Assembly: GCA_026387835.1 (NCBI GenBank)
Contig: JAPLKZ010000005.1
Span: forward strand, 150,001 to 182,000
Length of the DNA stretch: 32,000 nt
Origin: Candidatus Saganbacteria bacterium
GTDB taxonomy: Bacteria > Margulisbacteria > WOR-1 > JAKLHX01
Direction: 5' to 3'
Position numbers and translations under genes: made by a program. The notes under the pieces are model-generated. The model was not told the DNA's origin. It saw only the letters and a list, made by a program, of their open reading frames with translations, and did no database searches. Every line of letters starts with the position of its first letter. The first letter of the stretch is position 1. Positions 1-8,653 of the stretch are shown here, piece after piece.

Positions 1-703
1 CCGCGGCCAAAACAACCTCTTTATCTTTCTTTAAAGAGTCATCAGCAAAATATAATGCCCACCCGTTTTGTTTAACAGCGGCCAAAACAATATTTTTATC
101 TTTCTTTAAAGATTCGTCGGCATATACTAATGCAAGCCCGTTTTCTTTGACCGCGGCCAAAACGATCTCCCTGTCTTTTTTGAAGAGTTCGCCGGCATAT
201 TGCAATCCATTCCCGTATTGTTTAACCGCGGCTAAAACGCTCGCTCTATCTTTCTTTGAAGCCGTATCCGCAGATGGTTTTGCCGCCCGCTCATCTTTTT
301 TGACCGCAGCCGGAACGGCCTCTTTGTCTTTCTTTGGAGCTTCTTCCTTTTTTCCGGTAAGATCAGAAGCTTCTAATTCTAATTGCAGGCTGAACTTGCG
401 CTGTTGTTCAGGGGTCAAAGGAAAGTTGAGGCGGAACCTTAGATCTTTGATATTGCCGTCCAGTTTGCCATCCTCTTTGTCCATAGTCTGAAGTTTCAAA
501 TAGAGTTTTTGAATAACCTCAAAAGACGTAGTTTTGCTTTCATTGAATTGCACGGACGTATCGACTTGTTTCTTTGCAGCCAGGTCCAGTTCCTCCCGGG
601 TTATATTGCCGTCTATTTTCCCGTCCTTTATCGAATCTATCTTCCTCAGCCTCGCATAAACGCTCTCGATATTTACGGTCCCGGTCAATGTTACTTTTTC
701 CAT
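1..703 (-). CDS. DUF4116-repeat protein, 5' portion only (3' end runs off the left edge); paralog of the next gene
   Basis: My minus-strand translation from the ATG at 703 reads MEKVTLTGTVNIESVYARLRKIDSIKDGKIDGNITREEL and ends in the window as ..ALYFADDSLKKDKEVVLAA. It is not in the ORF track because it has no stop in the window. The RBS AAGAAAGGAAGG lies 5 nt upstream, the same as for the paralog. The N-terminus is closely similar to the 755..1903 protein. Confidence 0.75.
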   Translation of the reverse strand, partial: MEKVTLTGTVNIESVYARLRKIDSIKDGKIDGNITREELDLAAKKQVDTSVQFNESKTTSFEVIQKLYLKLQTMDKEDGKLDGNIKDLRFRLNFPLTPEQQRKFSLQLELEASDLTGKKEEAPKKDKEAVPAAVKKDERAAKPSADTASKKDRASVLAAVKQYGNGLQYAGELFKKDREIVLAAVKENGLALVYADESLKKDKNIVLAAVKQNGWALYFADDSLKKDKEVVLAA

Positions 704-754
704 GTTATCCTTCCTTTCTTTTTAAGATAAATATAAATCCTTCATATACTTAGT

Positions 755-1903
755 TCAATGCCTGCCTATTTGTTCGGCTGCAGCAGAAATAACATCTTTA
801 TCATTTTTCAAAGACTCGTCCGCAAATTCTAATGCCCGCCCATTTTGCTTAACCACGGCCAAGATAAACGCTTTATCTTTCTTTAAAGATTCATGGGCAA
901 AATTTAACGCCCACACATCCTGTTTGATCGCCGCCAGAACAATTTCCTTGTCTTCTTTTAAAGACCCATCTGCATATGCCAATGACCGCCCGTTATGTTT
1001 GACCGCTGCCAGAACAACATCCCTGTCTTTTTTTAAAGAGTTGTCAGCAAAGTCTAATGCCCACACATCTTGTCCGATCACAGCCAGAACAAACTCCTTA
1101 TCTTTCTTTAAAGACTTGTCCGCAAACTCTAATGCCCGCCAGTCTAGTTTAGCCGCAGCCAGAACAAACGCTTTATCTTTTTTCAAAGACCCGTCCGCAA
1201 ACTCTAATGCCCGCCCATTTTGCTTAACCACAACCAAGACAAACGCTTTATCTTTTTTCAAAGACCCGTCCGCAAACTCTAATGTCCGCCCATTTTGCTT
1301 AACCGCAGCCAAGACAAACGCTTTATCTTTTTTTAAAGATTCGTCTGCAAATTCCAGTGTCTGGACATCTTGATTAGCCGCAGCCAAAACAACCTTTTTA
1401 TCTTTCTTTAAAGACTCGTCTGCATACATAAATGTCCGCCAATTTTGCTTGACCGCCGCCAAAACAATCTCTTTATCTTTATTTAAAGATCTATCAGTTA
1501 TCAGGAAAGATGTTGAGCCATTCTTAATTGCCGCTAATGCGAGCTCTCTTTGTTTTGTGGAAACAAAAGCTCCCACTTCTAACTGTAGGCTGACTTTACT
1601 TTGTTGTTCAGGAGTTAATGCGGTAACCATGTTAGGTCTCAGCACGTTTATATTGCCATCCAAGTCACCATCCGCTTTATCTAATGCCTGAAGTTTCAAA
1701 TATAGTTTTTGAATAACATCAAAAGACGAAGTTTTGCCCTCGTTGAATTGCACTGACGTATCGATCTGTTTATCTGTGGCCTCGTCCAGCTCCTCGCGTT
1801 CTATATTTCCGTCAATTATTCCGTCCCTTATCGAATCGATCTTTCTCAACCTTTCATAAATATGCTGGATATTATCGGCGCCGGTCAATGTCGCTTTTTC
1901 CAT
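755..1903 (-). CDS. DUF4116-repeat protein with an N-terminal pair of EF-hand/dockerin-like DxDG loops
   Basis: The ORF is 755..1939. I place the start at Met13 (MEKATLTG, ATG at 1903) because the paralog starts there and AAGAAAGGAAGG precedes it. It has about 10.5 tandem 25-aa units of the form xxVLAAVKQNGRALEFADESLKKDK, which is typical of DUF4116. N-terminal loops: RDGIIDGNIEREEL and DGDLDGNINVLR. Confidence 0.8.
   Translation of the reverse strand: MEKATLTGADNIQHIYERLRKIDSIRDGIIDGNIEREELDEATDKQIDTSVQFNEGKTSSFDVIQKLYLKLQALDKADGDLDGNINVLRPNMVTALTPEQQSKVSLQLEVGAFVSTKQRELALAAIKNGSTSFLITDRSLNKDKEIVLAAVKQNWRTFMYADESLKKDKKVVLAAANQDVQTLEFADESLKKDKAFVLAAVKQNGRTLEFADGSLKKDKAFVLVVVKQNGRALEFADGSLKKDKAFVLAAAKLDWRALEFADKSLKKDKEFVLAVIGQDVWALDFADNSLKKDRDVVLAAVKHNGRSLAYADGSLKEDKEIVLAAIKQDVWALNFAHESLKKDKAFILAVVKQNGRALEFADESLKNDKDVISAAAEQIGRH
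758..1545 (-). repeat. In-frame tandem coding repeats, 75-bp period, about 10.5 units
   Basis: The 25-aa periodicity is visible in the translation. Neighbouring units are nearly identical at DNA level, for example around 1190-1265 versus 1265-1340. The repeats create long antisense shadow ORFs on the plus strand. Confidence 0.8.
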
Positions 1904-1960
1904 ATTAGCCTTCCTTTCTTTATAGAGAACTTTGATCATTTAGCCTCTTTTGGCCTCAAC

Positions 1961-1991
1961 TATGTATCGACAGAATATTTGAAAAATTTCA
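1961..1991 (-). promoter_or_regulatory. Alternative-sigma-type promoter, copy C: TGAAAT-N16-CGATACATA, reading toward the DUF4116 genes
   Basis: The minus strand reads gTGAAATttttcaaatattctgtCGATACATAg. TGAAAT is at plus 1986-1991 and CGATACATA at plus 1961-1969. It has the same spacing as the five other copies. Confidence 0.65.
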
Positions 1992-2018
1992 CACTTTATT
2001 AAGGACCCCCAAAAACAC

Positions 2019-2049
2019 TGAAATTTCAGGAAATACCGATCGATACATA
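2019..2049 (+). promoter_or_regulatory. Alternative-sigma-type promoter, copy A: TGAAAT-N16-CGATACATA, upstream of the HIT-like gene
   Basis: Sequence acTGAAATttcaggaaataccgatCGATACATAcaag. It is followed by the RBS AAGAGGAG (2051-2058) and the ATG at 2065. The -35 part lies inside the perfect 12-bp palindrome CTGAAATTTCAG (2018-2029). Confidence 0.65.
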
Positions 2050-2064
2050 CAAGAGGAGATAAAC

Positions 2065-2991
2065 ATGTTAAAAACATCTTTGACATATAGACAAATCGGA
2101 AATAGGCTGATCGGACAAACAGTCCTGCCGCGTGCGGGATTCACAACCGTCACGGCAGAGTCGGTCAAGCGTCTCCGGGAAGAGCTTATCTCGGAGTTCA
2201 TAAAAGCCGCGGGAGTTCAGGACCTTACAAAGAACGGTTTCAGGTTTGTCGTGGATTTTCGTCCGCGCATCAGCGATGCAAAAGTGTATCTGTTCGCCGG
2301 GAAAGACACCCCCAATATAAATCCCCAGGACTGGATGATATCCAAGCCGGAAAAATGGGAACCCGCGCCGAAAGGGTCTTTTTACTTCCTTTGTGCTGAG
2401 GCTGCAGCGGAAAGGTCACCGAGGATGAAATACGGCAACAGCTTGCTTTACCCTTCCGAGGGTAGCGAGGTGTTCGGTGTAATGGACGGCGATCCGAAAT
2501 CGGATATCCATTTTCTTATGATGACCCGGAAAAACTTTTCATCCATGCTTGATCCGGGTTTTACCACGGCACACTGGAATACGTATTTTTGGGGGGCGGC
2601 GGAAATCCTGAACAGTATGAAGGCGGGCGAGATGTACCAGAGGATATCGGCAAATTTCGGTCTTGGTTTCCAGACTGCGGCAAGGGTTCACATGCATGTG
2701 CAAGCCTATCCCGGAGAGCCTACTACAGTATTTGTTCCGCCCCTCTTTCCGGAAGATATAGGGCTTGAAGTGAAACCGGGAGGGATCATAGCTGCTCCTG
2801 CAACTTTACCTGGAAACATCCGTTTATATGGCAATCTTATGAAACAGGCATTGCTCAAGTTGATAGATGACCGAAGCAAGGTCAAAGGCTCAGACAGCGG
2901 AAGTAAGGCAGAAAGATCAAGATTAGACCGGAATATCTTTGAGCTGTTAAGAGAGCTTGAAAAGATATCTGTAAAACCAGACGCTAAATAA
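2065..2991 (+). CDS. Hypothetical protein with a HIT-superfamily-like core (H-x-H-x-Q variant, GalT/nucleotide-sugar phosphorylase branch)
   Basis: 308-aa ORF with a strong RBS. Residues about 135-215 follow the HIT layout: FGVMDGDPKSDIHFLMMTRKNFSSMLD ... ISANFGLGFQTAARVHMHVQAY. HMHVQ is encoded at 2689-2703. The approximately 100-aa N-terminal extension is unrecognised. Confidence 0.6.
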   Translation: MLKTSLTYRQIGNRLIGQTVLPRAGFTTVTAESVKRLREELISEFIKAAGVQDLTKNGFRFVVDFRPRISDAKVYLFAGKDTPNINPQDWMISKPEKWEPAPKGSFYFLCAEAAAERSPRMKYGNSLLYPSEGSEVFGVMDGDPKSDIHFLMMTRKNFSSMLDPGFTTAHWNTYFWGAAEILNSMKAGEMYQRISANFGLGFQTAARVHMHVQAYPGEPTTVFVPPLFPEDIGLEVKPGGIIAAPATLPGNIRLYGNLMKQALLKLIDDRSKVKGSDSGSKAERSRLDRNIFELLRELEKISVKPDAK

Positions 2992-3031
2992 GCGTAATCA
3001 GGCAGTTAGCAAATATAATTGCAGGACTGAT

Positions 3032-3949
3032 TCAAATCGACCGTTTTACGCCTGTCAAGTACCAGTAATATCCGGCAAGACCCACAAGAAAACCAAGAAG
3101 TCTGTTCTTTTTTCGCTTTTCAAGGTCTTTCAGGTACGCGATTATCTTTTCTTTCCCTATCCTTTTTACTATGAACGATAATAGTCCCCTGAAGCCCATA
3201 GGCAGCCAGAAACACTGCGTCGAGATCTTCACGTCCAGTTTGGGGTGCTTCCTGTAATAGATCATTGCGTTCCTGCCCATATTGACCGATTTTATCTTTA
3301 CCCATTCAAGGTCTTTAAGGTCAAAATCCTTCTTGTAATGATATCCGAAAGCTTTCTTGTTGTATTTCTGCTTGACCCCGATCTTTCTTAAGCGGTATCC
3401 GAGCTCCACGTCTTCCCAGCAGAGATCGATAAAATCTTCGTCAAAAAGCCCAGCTTTAAGGAGCAGCGTGGTCTTTATAGAACAGTTCCAAGTTGTAAAA
3501 TATCCGAAAGAAAGATCGCTGTAGCCGCCGGAGTAGCCGTCGTGTTTCTTTCCCAGGTCCTCTAGGCTGGAAGTATTTATCACTCTTCCCTGGACTATAA
3601 TATCGGGATGTTTGATGTGTAAAGACATATGTTCTTCAATAAGGTTCGGATCAGCGATAACATCGTCGTTCAGAAAAAGAATATATTCTCCGAGGGCGCT
3701 TCTTATTCCAAGGTTGTTAGCGGATGCAGGACCTTTTTTGCCGGCGATCTGGCGGATGTACCTGACGGAATGTGCCTTTCCCGTAAAGCTTTCAATGGTG
3801 TCTTTTGTCCCGTCAGTCGAGCCGTCATCAACCACTATGATCTCGAACTTATCCTTCGGGTAGGTCTGTCCCGTCAGGGCTTCCAGGGTCTTTTGAAGTA
3901 TCTTTTCCCTGTTGACCGTGGGGATAACGACCGAGATATCTATTGCCAT
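3032..3949 (-). CDS. Family 2 glycosyltransferase (GT-A)
   Basis: VVIPTVNREKILQKTLEALTGQTYPKDKFEIIVVDDGSTDGT, and the DxD-type segment ILFLNDDV. Confidence 0.9.
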   Translation of the reverse strand: MAIDISVVIPTVNREKILQKTLEALTGQTYPKDKFEIIVVDDGSTDGTKDTIESFTGKAHSVRYIRQIAGKKGPASANNLGIRSALGEYILFLNDDVIADPNLIEEHMSLHIKHPDIIVQGRVINTSSLEDLGKKHDGYSGGYSDLSFGYFTTWNCSIKTTLLLKAGLFDEDFIDLCWEDVELGYRLRKIGVKQKYNKKAFGYHYKKDFDLKDLEWVKIKSVNMGRNAMIYYRKHPKLDVKISTQCFWLPMGFRGLLSFIVKRIGKEKIIAYLKDLEKRKKNRLLGFLVGLAGYYWYLTGVKRSI

Positions 3950-3958
3950 GGCAAAACA

Positions 3959-3967
3959 ATTATAACA
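3959..3967 (-). promoter_or_regulatory. Extended -10 box TGtTATAAT, 9 nt before the ATG at 3949
   Basis: The minus strand reads cgcgTGTTATAATtgttttgccATG. There is no Shine-Dalgarno sequence between the box and the start. Confidence 0.55.
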
Positions 3968-3981
3968 CGCGGCTGTTTTAC

Positions 3982-3990
3982 TGCTAAAAT
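3982..3990 (+). promoter_or_regulatory. Extended -10 box TGcTAAAAT, 11 nt before the ATG at 4002
   Basis: Sequence acTGCTAAAATatagttaaaccATG. There is no Shine-Dalgarno sequence. Confidence 0.5.
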
Positions 3991-4001
3991 ATAGTTAAAC
4001 C

Positions 4002-4727
4002 ATGCCGAAGATCACTGTAATACTGACTTCATACAATAAACCGGGTCTGGTCAGCCAGGCCATCAGGTCCGTTCTGGACCAGACCTGCAGGGACTTCGAG
4101 CTCATAGTTTGCGACGACAATTCAAATGAACAGACAAAAGCTGACATAAAACCGTTCTTTGCCGATCCCCGCGTGGTCTACCTGCAGTCGGATGTCAAAG
4201 AGGAAGAAAGACGGGAAAAGTGCAGGTACGCGCACATGATAAACAAAGCCCTTGAGATAGCGAAAGGGGAGTACATTTCGTACCTTTGCGACGATGATAT
4301 CTATTATCCCGAGAGGCTTGAGGTCATGGCAAAAGCACTTGATGAAGATCCAAAAAAGAACATCGTTTACGGGAAACAGAAGGTCGTGAGATTGTCCGGC
4401 AGGATCCTGGGTGTCACGACAGGCATCAGGGAGACGGTTGGCGTTACGTTCGAGGCAGGAGGGAATGTTGATCATAACTCGATAATGCACAGGAAATCAT
4501 GTTCGGACAAGGTCGGCGGCTGGGATGAAGGCAGGCAGTGCTGGGACAACGCGGACGAATATTTTTTCAAAAAACTCAACAAGCACTGGCCTTTCTACCC
4601 TATAGAGGAGGTCCTGGACGAGCACCGGTTGCACAAGAACAGCATGCAGTCGATCGTGGCTTATGAAAAGAGACTCAGTTCGAGGTTGTTGAAATGGTTT
4701 ACAGGACTGTTCAGCCAAATACCCTGA
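4002..4727 (+). CDS. Family 2 glycosyltransferase (GT-A)
   Basis: ITVILTSYNKPGLVSQAIRSVLDQTCRDFELIVCDDNSNEQT, and the DxD-type segment YLCDDDIYYP. Confidence 0.88.
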   Translation: MPKITVILTSYNKPGLVSQAIRSVLDQTCRDFELIVCDDNSNEQTKADIKPFFADPRVVYLQSDVKEEERREKCRYAHMINKALEIAKGEYISYLCDDDIYYPERLEVMAKALDEDPKKNIVYGKQKVVRLSGRILGVTTGIRETVGVTFEAGGNVDHNSIMHRKSCSDKVGGWDEGRQCWDNADEYFFKKLNKHWPFYPIEEVLDEHRLHKNSMQSIVAYEKRLSSRLLKWFTGLFSQIP

Positions 4728-5469
4728 TATATTCAGGAATGCTTTTTATCAGAGCGTCTATAATGCCCGCCTTTGCCTTGCGCTGCCTGAACCTTTTATT
4801 GAACACATAAAGTCTTGTGATGATCATCGCCTTTACCCTGATCTTTCCGGTGTTCATATTCCTGTCATGCATGCAGTAATCCGTCAGGGTCTCGTTCAGA
4901 TGGGCGATCTTTAATTTGTCTTTGAACCTTAACCACAGATCCCAGTCCTCTCCGCCGAAACGGATGATCTTATGGTCATCCCACATCCCTGTCTTTTCAA
5001 GAGCCTCTTTCCGGTGCATCATTGTGGATGGCATGGGCACGAAATAAAGGTCTTTTTCGGGCGGTTTTTTCGGGTTTGAAAAATCGGTAATACTCCGGAA
5101 TTTTCCGAACGACATGAATCTCGCATTGCTGTAAACGACATCAACGCAGCTGTTATTGTCAAGAAAATTTGCCAGTGTCTTGACATGGTCCTTGTGAAAA
5201 ATATCGTCGTGGTCGCAATAGGCGATATATCTTCCCTTTGAGGTCTTTATGCCGAGATTCCTGGCACTTGCCTGTCCGCCGTTTTGCTTTTTCAGATAGA
5301 CTATCCTGGGGTCTTTATAATCCAGGATAAAATTTTCGGTGTCATCTGTCGACCCGTCATTAATAATGATCAATTCAAAGTCCCTGTCACTTTGAGACAA
5401 TATCGCATCTATGGAAGGGCGGATATCTTTGCCGCGGTTATATGCGGCCATTATGATCGAAGTTCTCAT
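4711..5469 (-). CDS. Family 2 glycosyltransferase (GT-A)
   Basis: SIIMAAYNRGKDIRPSIDAILSQSDRDFELIIINDGSTDDT, and YCDHDDIF. Confidence 0.88.
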   Translation of the reverse strand: MRTSIIMAAYNRGKDIRPSIDAILSQSDRDFELIIINDGSTDDTENFILDYKDPRIVYLKKQNGGQASARNLGIKTSKGRYIAYCDHDDIFHKDHVKTLANFLDNNSCVDVVYSNARFMSFGKFRSITDFSNPKKPPEKDLYFVPMPSTMMHRKEALEKTGMWDDHKIIRFGGEDWDLWLRFKDKLKIAHLNETLTDYCMHDRNMNTGKIRVKAMIITRLYVFNKRFRQRKAKAGIIDALIKSIPEYIRVFG

Positions 5470-5478
5470 TGTTTTAGC

Positions 5479-6396
5479 TTAGCTGTCCCTGAATATTTCC
5501 TCAAAGATCTCCGGTAATCCCGGATATTTATTCTTTAATCCGAAATCCGACGGTGTAACGGTCTTATATTCCTGGTGGTATGCCTTAAGGCAGTATTTGT
5601 CCCATTCCCCGAGTTTTTTATCAAAGACCCTCGCGATAAGGTCGGCAGTCCCTTTTGAAAGACTCATTTGGAAACGGACAGGTATCTTGAAATACAGGCA
5701 AAGCGATCTTATCAGGTCACCGGCGGTTATTGCAATGTTACCGACAGTGAACTCTTTACTTCCGGTATCGTTCTTTAACAGATAAGCGGTTATCAGGGCG
5801 ATGTCCGCAGCATGGATGTAGTGGAACCTCAGGTCAGACGAGAAAAACCTTATAAGCCACAGCCATTTTTTTGCCTGCCTTAATGCAGTTGCAGCATGCG
5901 AATACGGATGGTCCTTGTCGCCGCCAAGTACCCAGGTGAGAAAAAGAGTATCGGTGCGGCCGGCTAAGGGTGAAGCTTTCAGGTGCTCATATAGTTTATA
6001 TTTTCCTTTTATGTACTCCGTTCCGCATGATAATACTTGCGGATCAGGCCTGTTGTTCTTATCGAGTATGCTGGCCGTGGAAAAATAGATGACCTTTTTA
6101 CAACGCGACGGATCAAGGTTCTCGAAAAGATCTATTGTAGATTCAAAATTGCCTGTTTGCGTACCCCAGTCCGCAAGAAGATGTATGCACGCATCCATTT
6201 CTTTCAGAAGGGATGAATATTTTTTGATATTCTTAAAATCATCATGTATGAGCTCAATGTTTGAAAGGTCAAACTTCGCTTTTTTAGGGTCCCTGATCAT
6301 CAGGTGGAGTCTGTAGCCGTCATCTTTTCTCAGTTCATCTATCAGATAATGTCCGACGCTTCCTGCCGCACCGGTGATGAAAACATTTTTTTTCAC
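5479..6396 (-). CDS. NAD-dependent sugar epimerase/dehydratase (extended SDR)
   Basis: N-terminal Rossmann motif VFITGAAGSVGHYL. It is 305 aa and embedded among glycosyltransferase genes. Confidence 0.8.
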   Translation of the reverse strand: MKKNVFITGAAGSVGHYLIDELRKDDGYRLHLMIRDPKKAKFDLSNIELIHDDFKNIKKYSSLLKEMDACIHLLADWGTQTGNFESTIDLFENLDPSRCKKVIYFSTASILDKNNRPDPQVLSCGTEYIKGKYKLYEHLKASPLAGRTDTLFLTWVLGGDKDHPYSHAATALRQAKKWLWLIRFFSSDLRFHYIHAADIALITAYLLKNDTGSKEFTVGNIAITAGDLIRSLCLYFKIPVRFQMSLSKGTADLIARVFDKKLGEWDKYCLKAYHQEYKTVTPSDFGLKNKYPGLPEIFEEIFRDS

Positions 6397-7535
6397 TTAA
6401 GCATTTCCTTGAATTTTGCCGTCCATTCTTTTGCGATCAGCGACCATGAATAATTCTCCCTGATGAATCTGACTGCCGCACAGCTCATTTTATTATATCT
6501 TCCCGGGTCTTTGAGAAGGGCTATAGTATCTGCAGCAAATCTTTCTTTGTACTCTTTGCTGAACGGGTCTCCGTCTATAAGGATGCCGGTTTCCCCGTTC
6601 CTGATGCTTTCCGGCATCGCACCCCGGTTCGACGTGATAACCGGACATCCGGCAGCCTGCGCTTCAAGCGCGGCTATGCAGCTGGTCTCGGCATAAAAGG
6701 CCGCGTGCGGCACTGCATGGCTGGGATACAAAAACAATCCCGACTTTTGAAGTTCCCCTGCAAGGTCGGAGTGTTTTCTTGTGCCTTCAAGATAGACCCT
6801 GTCCTGTTTTGTCTTTTCATATATTGTCTCTGCGACTATCCGGTCTTTTTCCTTCAGAACGCCAAGATCAAACCCGCAATAGATGTGAAGCGCCGCCTGT
6901 GGAACTTCACGTCTGATGAGCGGGAAGATATCGAGCAGCACGTCCAGTCCTCTCGCGGGCACGCTGGTGTAGACTAAACGATAAGGATTTTTCCTTGTGT
7001 CATTACCGTCAAAATACGGAAGATACGCGCCGTTCTTCGTGACGAATATCTTTTCTTTCCTGATGCCGAGCTTTTCCCCGCAGATCTTGCCGAGCCAGCC
7101 GCTGACAACAAAGAGACAATCACAGTACCTGTTCACAAGGGCCCCCGCTAACTTCAAAAACCCGGCCCCTAAATATTTTTTAAAACCCTTATAATTCCAG
7201 ACATTTGAAAAATCATCATGCCCCCACCAGATCCTTTTCTTTGCTTTAACGGGGAAGATAAAAGCGGGGAGGTCCCTGAAAGAAATGAAGATGTCGAAAT
7301 CCTTCTGTCTTGATATCTTTACGATCTCTGAAAGAGAATTGAACTGCCTGTAGTCCACGCCCTCATATATGCCTGCTTCTTTTCCGCAATTGTTAAAGAT
7401 GATTATTTCGTGGCCGAGACGGGCGAGTTCCCTTGTAAGGTAAAAGAGAGCTGATTCGCTGCCGCCGACAGGCCGTTCGAACACAGTATTCCCCGAGAAC
7501 GAGGTCGTCATCCTGGCCAGGATAAGGATCTTCAT
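6393..7535 (-). CDS. GT-B glycosyltransferase (GT4-like)
   Basis: C-terminal donor-binding region ETSCIAALEAQAAGCPVITSNRGAMPESIRNGETGILID. The N-terminus MKILILA is typical of GT4. Confidence 0.85.
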   Translation of the reverse strand: MKILILARMTTSFSGNTVFERPVGGSESALFYLTRELARLGHEIIIFNNCGKEAGIYEGVDYRQFNSLSEIVKISRQKDFDIFISFRDLPAFIFPVKAKKRIWWGHDDFSNVWNYKGFKKYLGAGFLKLAGALVNRYCDCLFVVSGWLGKICGEKLGIRKEKIFVTKNGAYLPYFDGNDTRKNPYRLVYTSVPARGLDVLLDIFPLIRREVPQAALHIYCGFDLGVLKEKDRIVAETIYEKTKQDRVYLEGTRKHSDLAGELQKSGLFLYPSHAVPHAAFYAETSCIAALEAQAAGCPVITSNRGAMPESIRNGETGILIDGDPFSKEYKERFAADTIALLKDPGRYNKMSCAAVRFIRENYSWSLIAKEWTAKFKEMLK

Positions 7536-8653
7536 CGCATCGCGGCCTTTCTGTAGAGTTCAAGCGTGTCGGACGCCATCTTCTTCGCGGAGAACAGTTT
7601 TGCCCTTGCAAGTCCTTTTTGTGACAACGCAAGCCTCCGTTCTTTGTTTGAAAGCAGGCCCCTGATCGCGTCCGCTATCCCGTCTATATTATACGGGTTA
7701 ACGAGGACCGCCGCATCACCGGCGACCTCAGGCATCGAAGAAGCATCCGATGTTATTACCGGTGTTCCGCAGGACATGGCTTCAAGGACCGGAAGTCCGA
7801 AACCTTCATAGAGAGAAGGCCAGACAAGCAGCTGCGCGCCGCTGTATAGCGCGGGGAGCTCTTTTTTCGGGACGTACCCGAGATATTTTACGGTGCCGGA
7901 CAGTTCAAGCCTTTTTATTTTATCGTTCAGGTCCTCTTTGAGCCATCTCTTGTCTCCCGCGATCACCAAGTCAGGAGGCGATTCATATTTAAGCTGGGAA
8001 TAAGCTTCAAGCACTCCCGAGATGTTCTTCCTTTCCTCTACCGGCCCCACAAAAAGGATGTAAGGCCTTTTTAAGCCGTATCTTGCCTTGACTAAACCGG
8101 TACGGTAGACCGTCTGCGGTACAAATTCATCGCCGATACCTTCATATATCACATTTATCTTCCCGGCATCCAGGGTAAAAAACTTAAGGACCTCTCTCTT
8201 CACAAAATCCGAAGGTACGATGACGGTGCCGGTGTTTTTCAGGACCTTTGCAAGGCGGTCTCTAAAAAAAACAGACCTGTCTTCGGGGTATAGTTCAGGC
8301 CTGGCTATCGAAGAGATATCGTGGACAGTGACGATATGGCTGCGGTCAGGTTCAGGCGTCGTAAGGGCAAAGCAGGCATCGTGGTAGACATCGATCCTCT
8401 GTCTTGCCGCGGACGAAAAAATACCGGGATTGACCAGGTTATGCTGTTTGAAATCGATACGGTTCTTCTTGAACAGGGGGACGGCAGAGCTCAGGACCAG
8501 GAATCTGTCTTTTTTTTCGACGACGCAAAGATATTTGATGAGATTGTAAGTATACGCCGATATGCCGTCGGCGTGCCCGAAAAGGCAGTTCCCCTCGATA
8601 CCGATGTTGAGCCGCTTATTACTTTGCATCCGGATAATATTTTTCCCTGTCAA
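7532..8653 (-). CDS. GT-B glycosyltransferase (GT4)
   Basis: YEGFGLPVLEAMSCGTPVITSDASSMPEVAGDAAVLVNP. The start is uncertain (8653 or Met9 at 8629). Confidence 0.88.
   Translation of the reverse strand: MTGKNIIRMQSNKRLNIGIEGNCLFGHADGISAYTYNLIKYLCVVEKKDRFLVLSSAVPLFKKNRIDFKQHNLVNPGIFSSAARQRIDVYHDACFALTTPEPDRSHIVTVHDISSIARPELYPEDRSVFFRDRLAKVLKNTGTVIVPSDFVKREVLKFFTLDAGKINVIYEGIGDEFVPQTVYRTGLVKARYGLKRPYILFVGPVEERKNISGVLEAYSQLKYESPPDLVIAGDKRWLKEDLNDKIKRLELSGTVKYLGYVPKKELPALYSGAQLLVWPSLYEGFGLPVLEAMSCGTPVITSDASSMPEVAGDAAVLVNPYNIDGIADAIRGLLSNKERRLALSQKGLARAKLFSAKKMASDTLELYRKAAMR

Noticed and set aside
758-1545. Regularly spaced repeats that could be mistaken for a CRISPR array
   Set aside because: The 75-bp period is continuous with no unique spacers. 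It lies entirely in one long ORF and translates to 25-aa protein repeats. There are no cas genes.
147-1691. Plus-strand ORFs 147..491, 509..730, 924..1373 and 1449..1691 (proteins of the MTAAKTISLSF... type)
   Set aside because: They are antisense shadows of the DUF4116 repeat genes. The 75-bp periodic repeats keep the opposite strand open. The minus-strand reading has RBS sites, a conserved paralog pair and a recognisable repeat family.
2992-3031. Bidirectional terminator between the convergent 2065..2991 and 3032..3949 genes
   Set aside because: Only short, weak arms (AATCAG/CTGATT) with a large loop are present, and there is no T-run. This is not enough support.
8447-8460. TGAAAT immediately followed by CGATAC inside the GT4 gene
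   Set aside because: It contains both half-motifs but with zero spacing, and it lies in coding DNA. It does not fit the N16 architecture.
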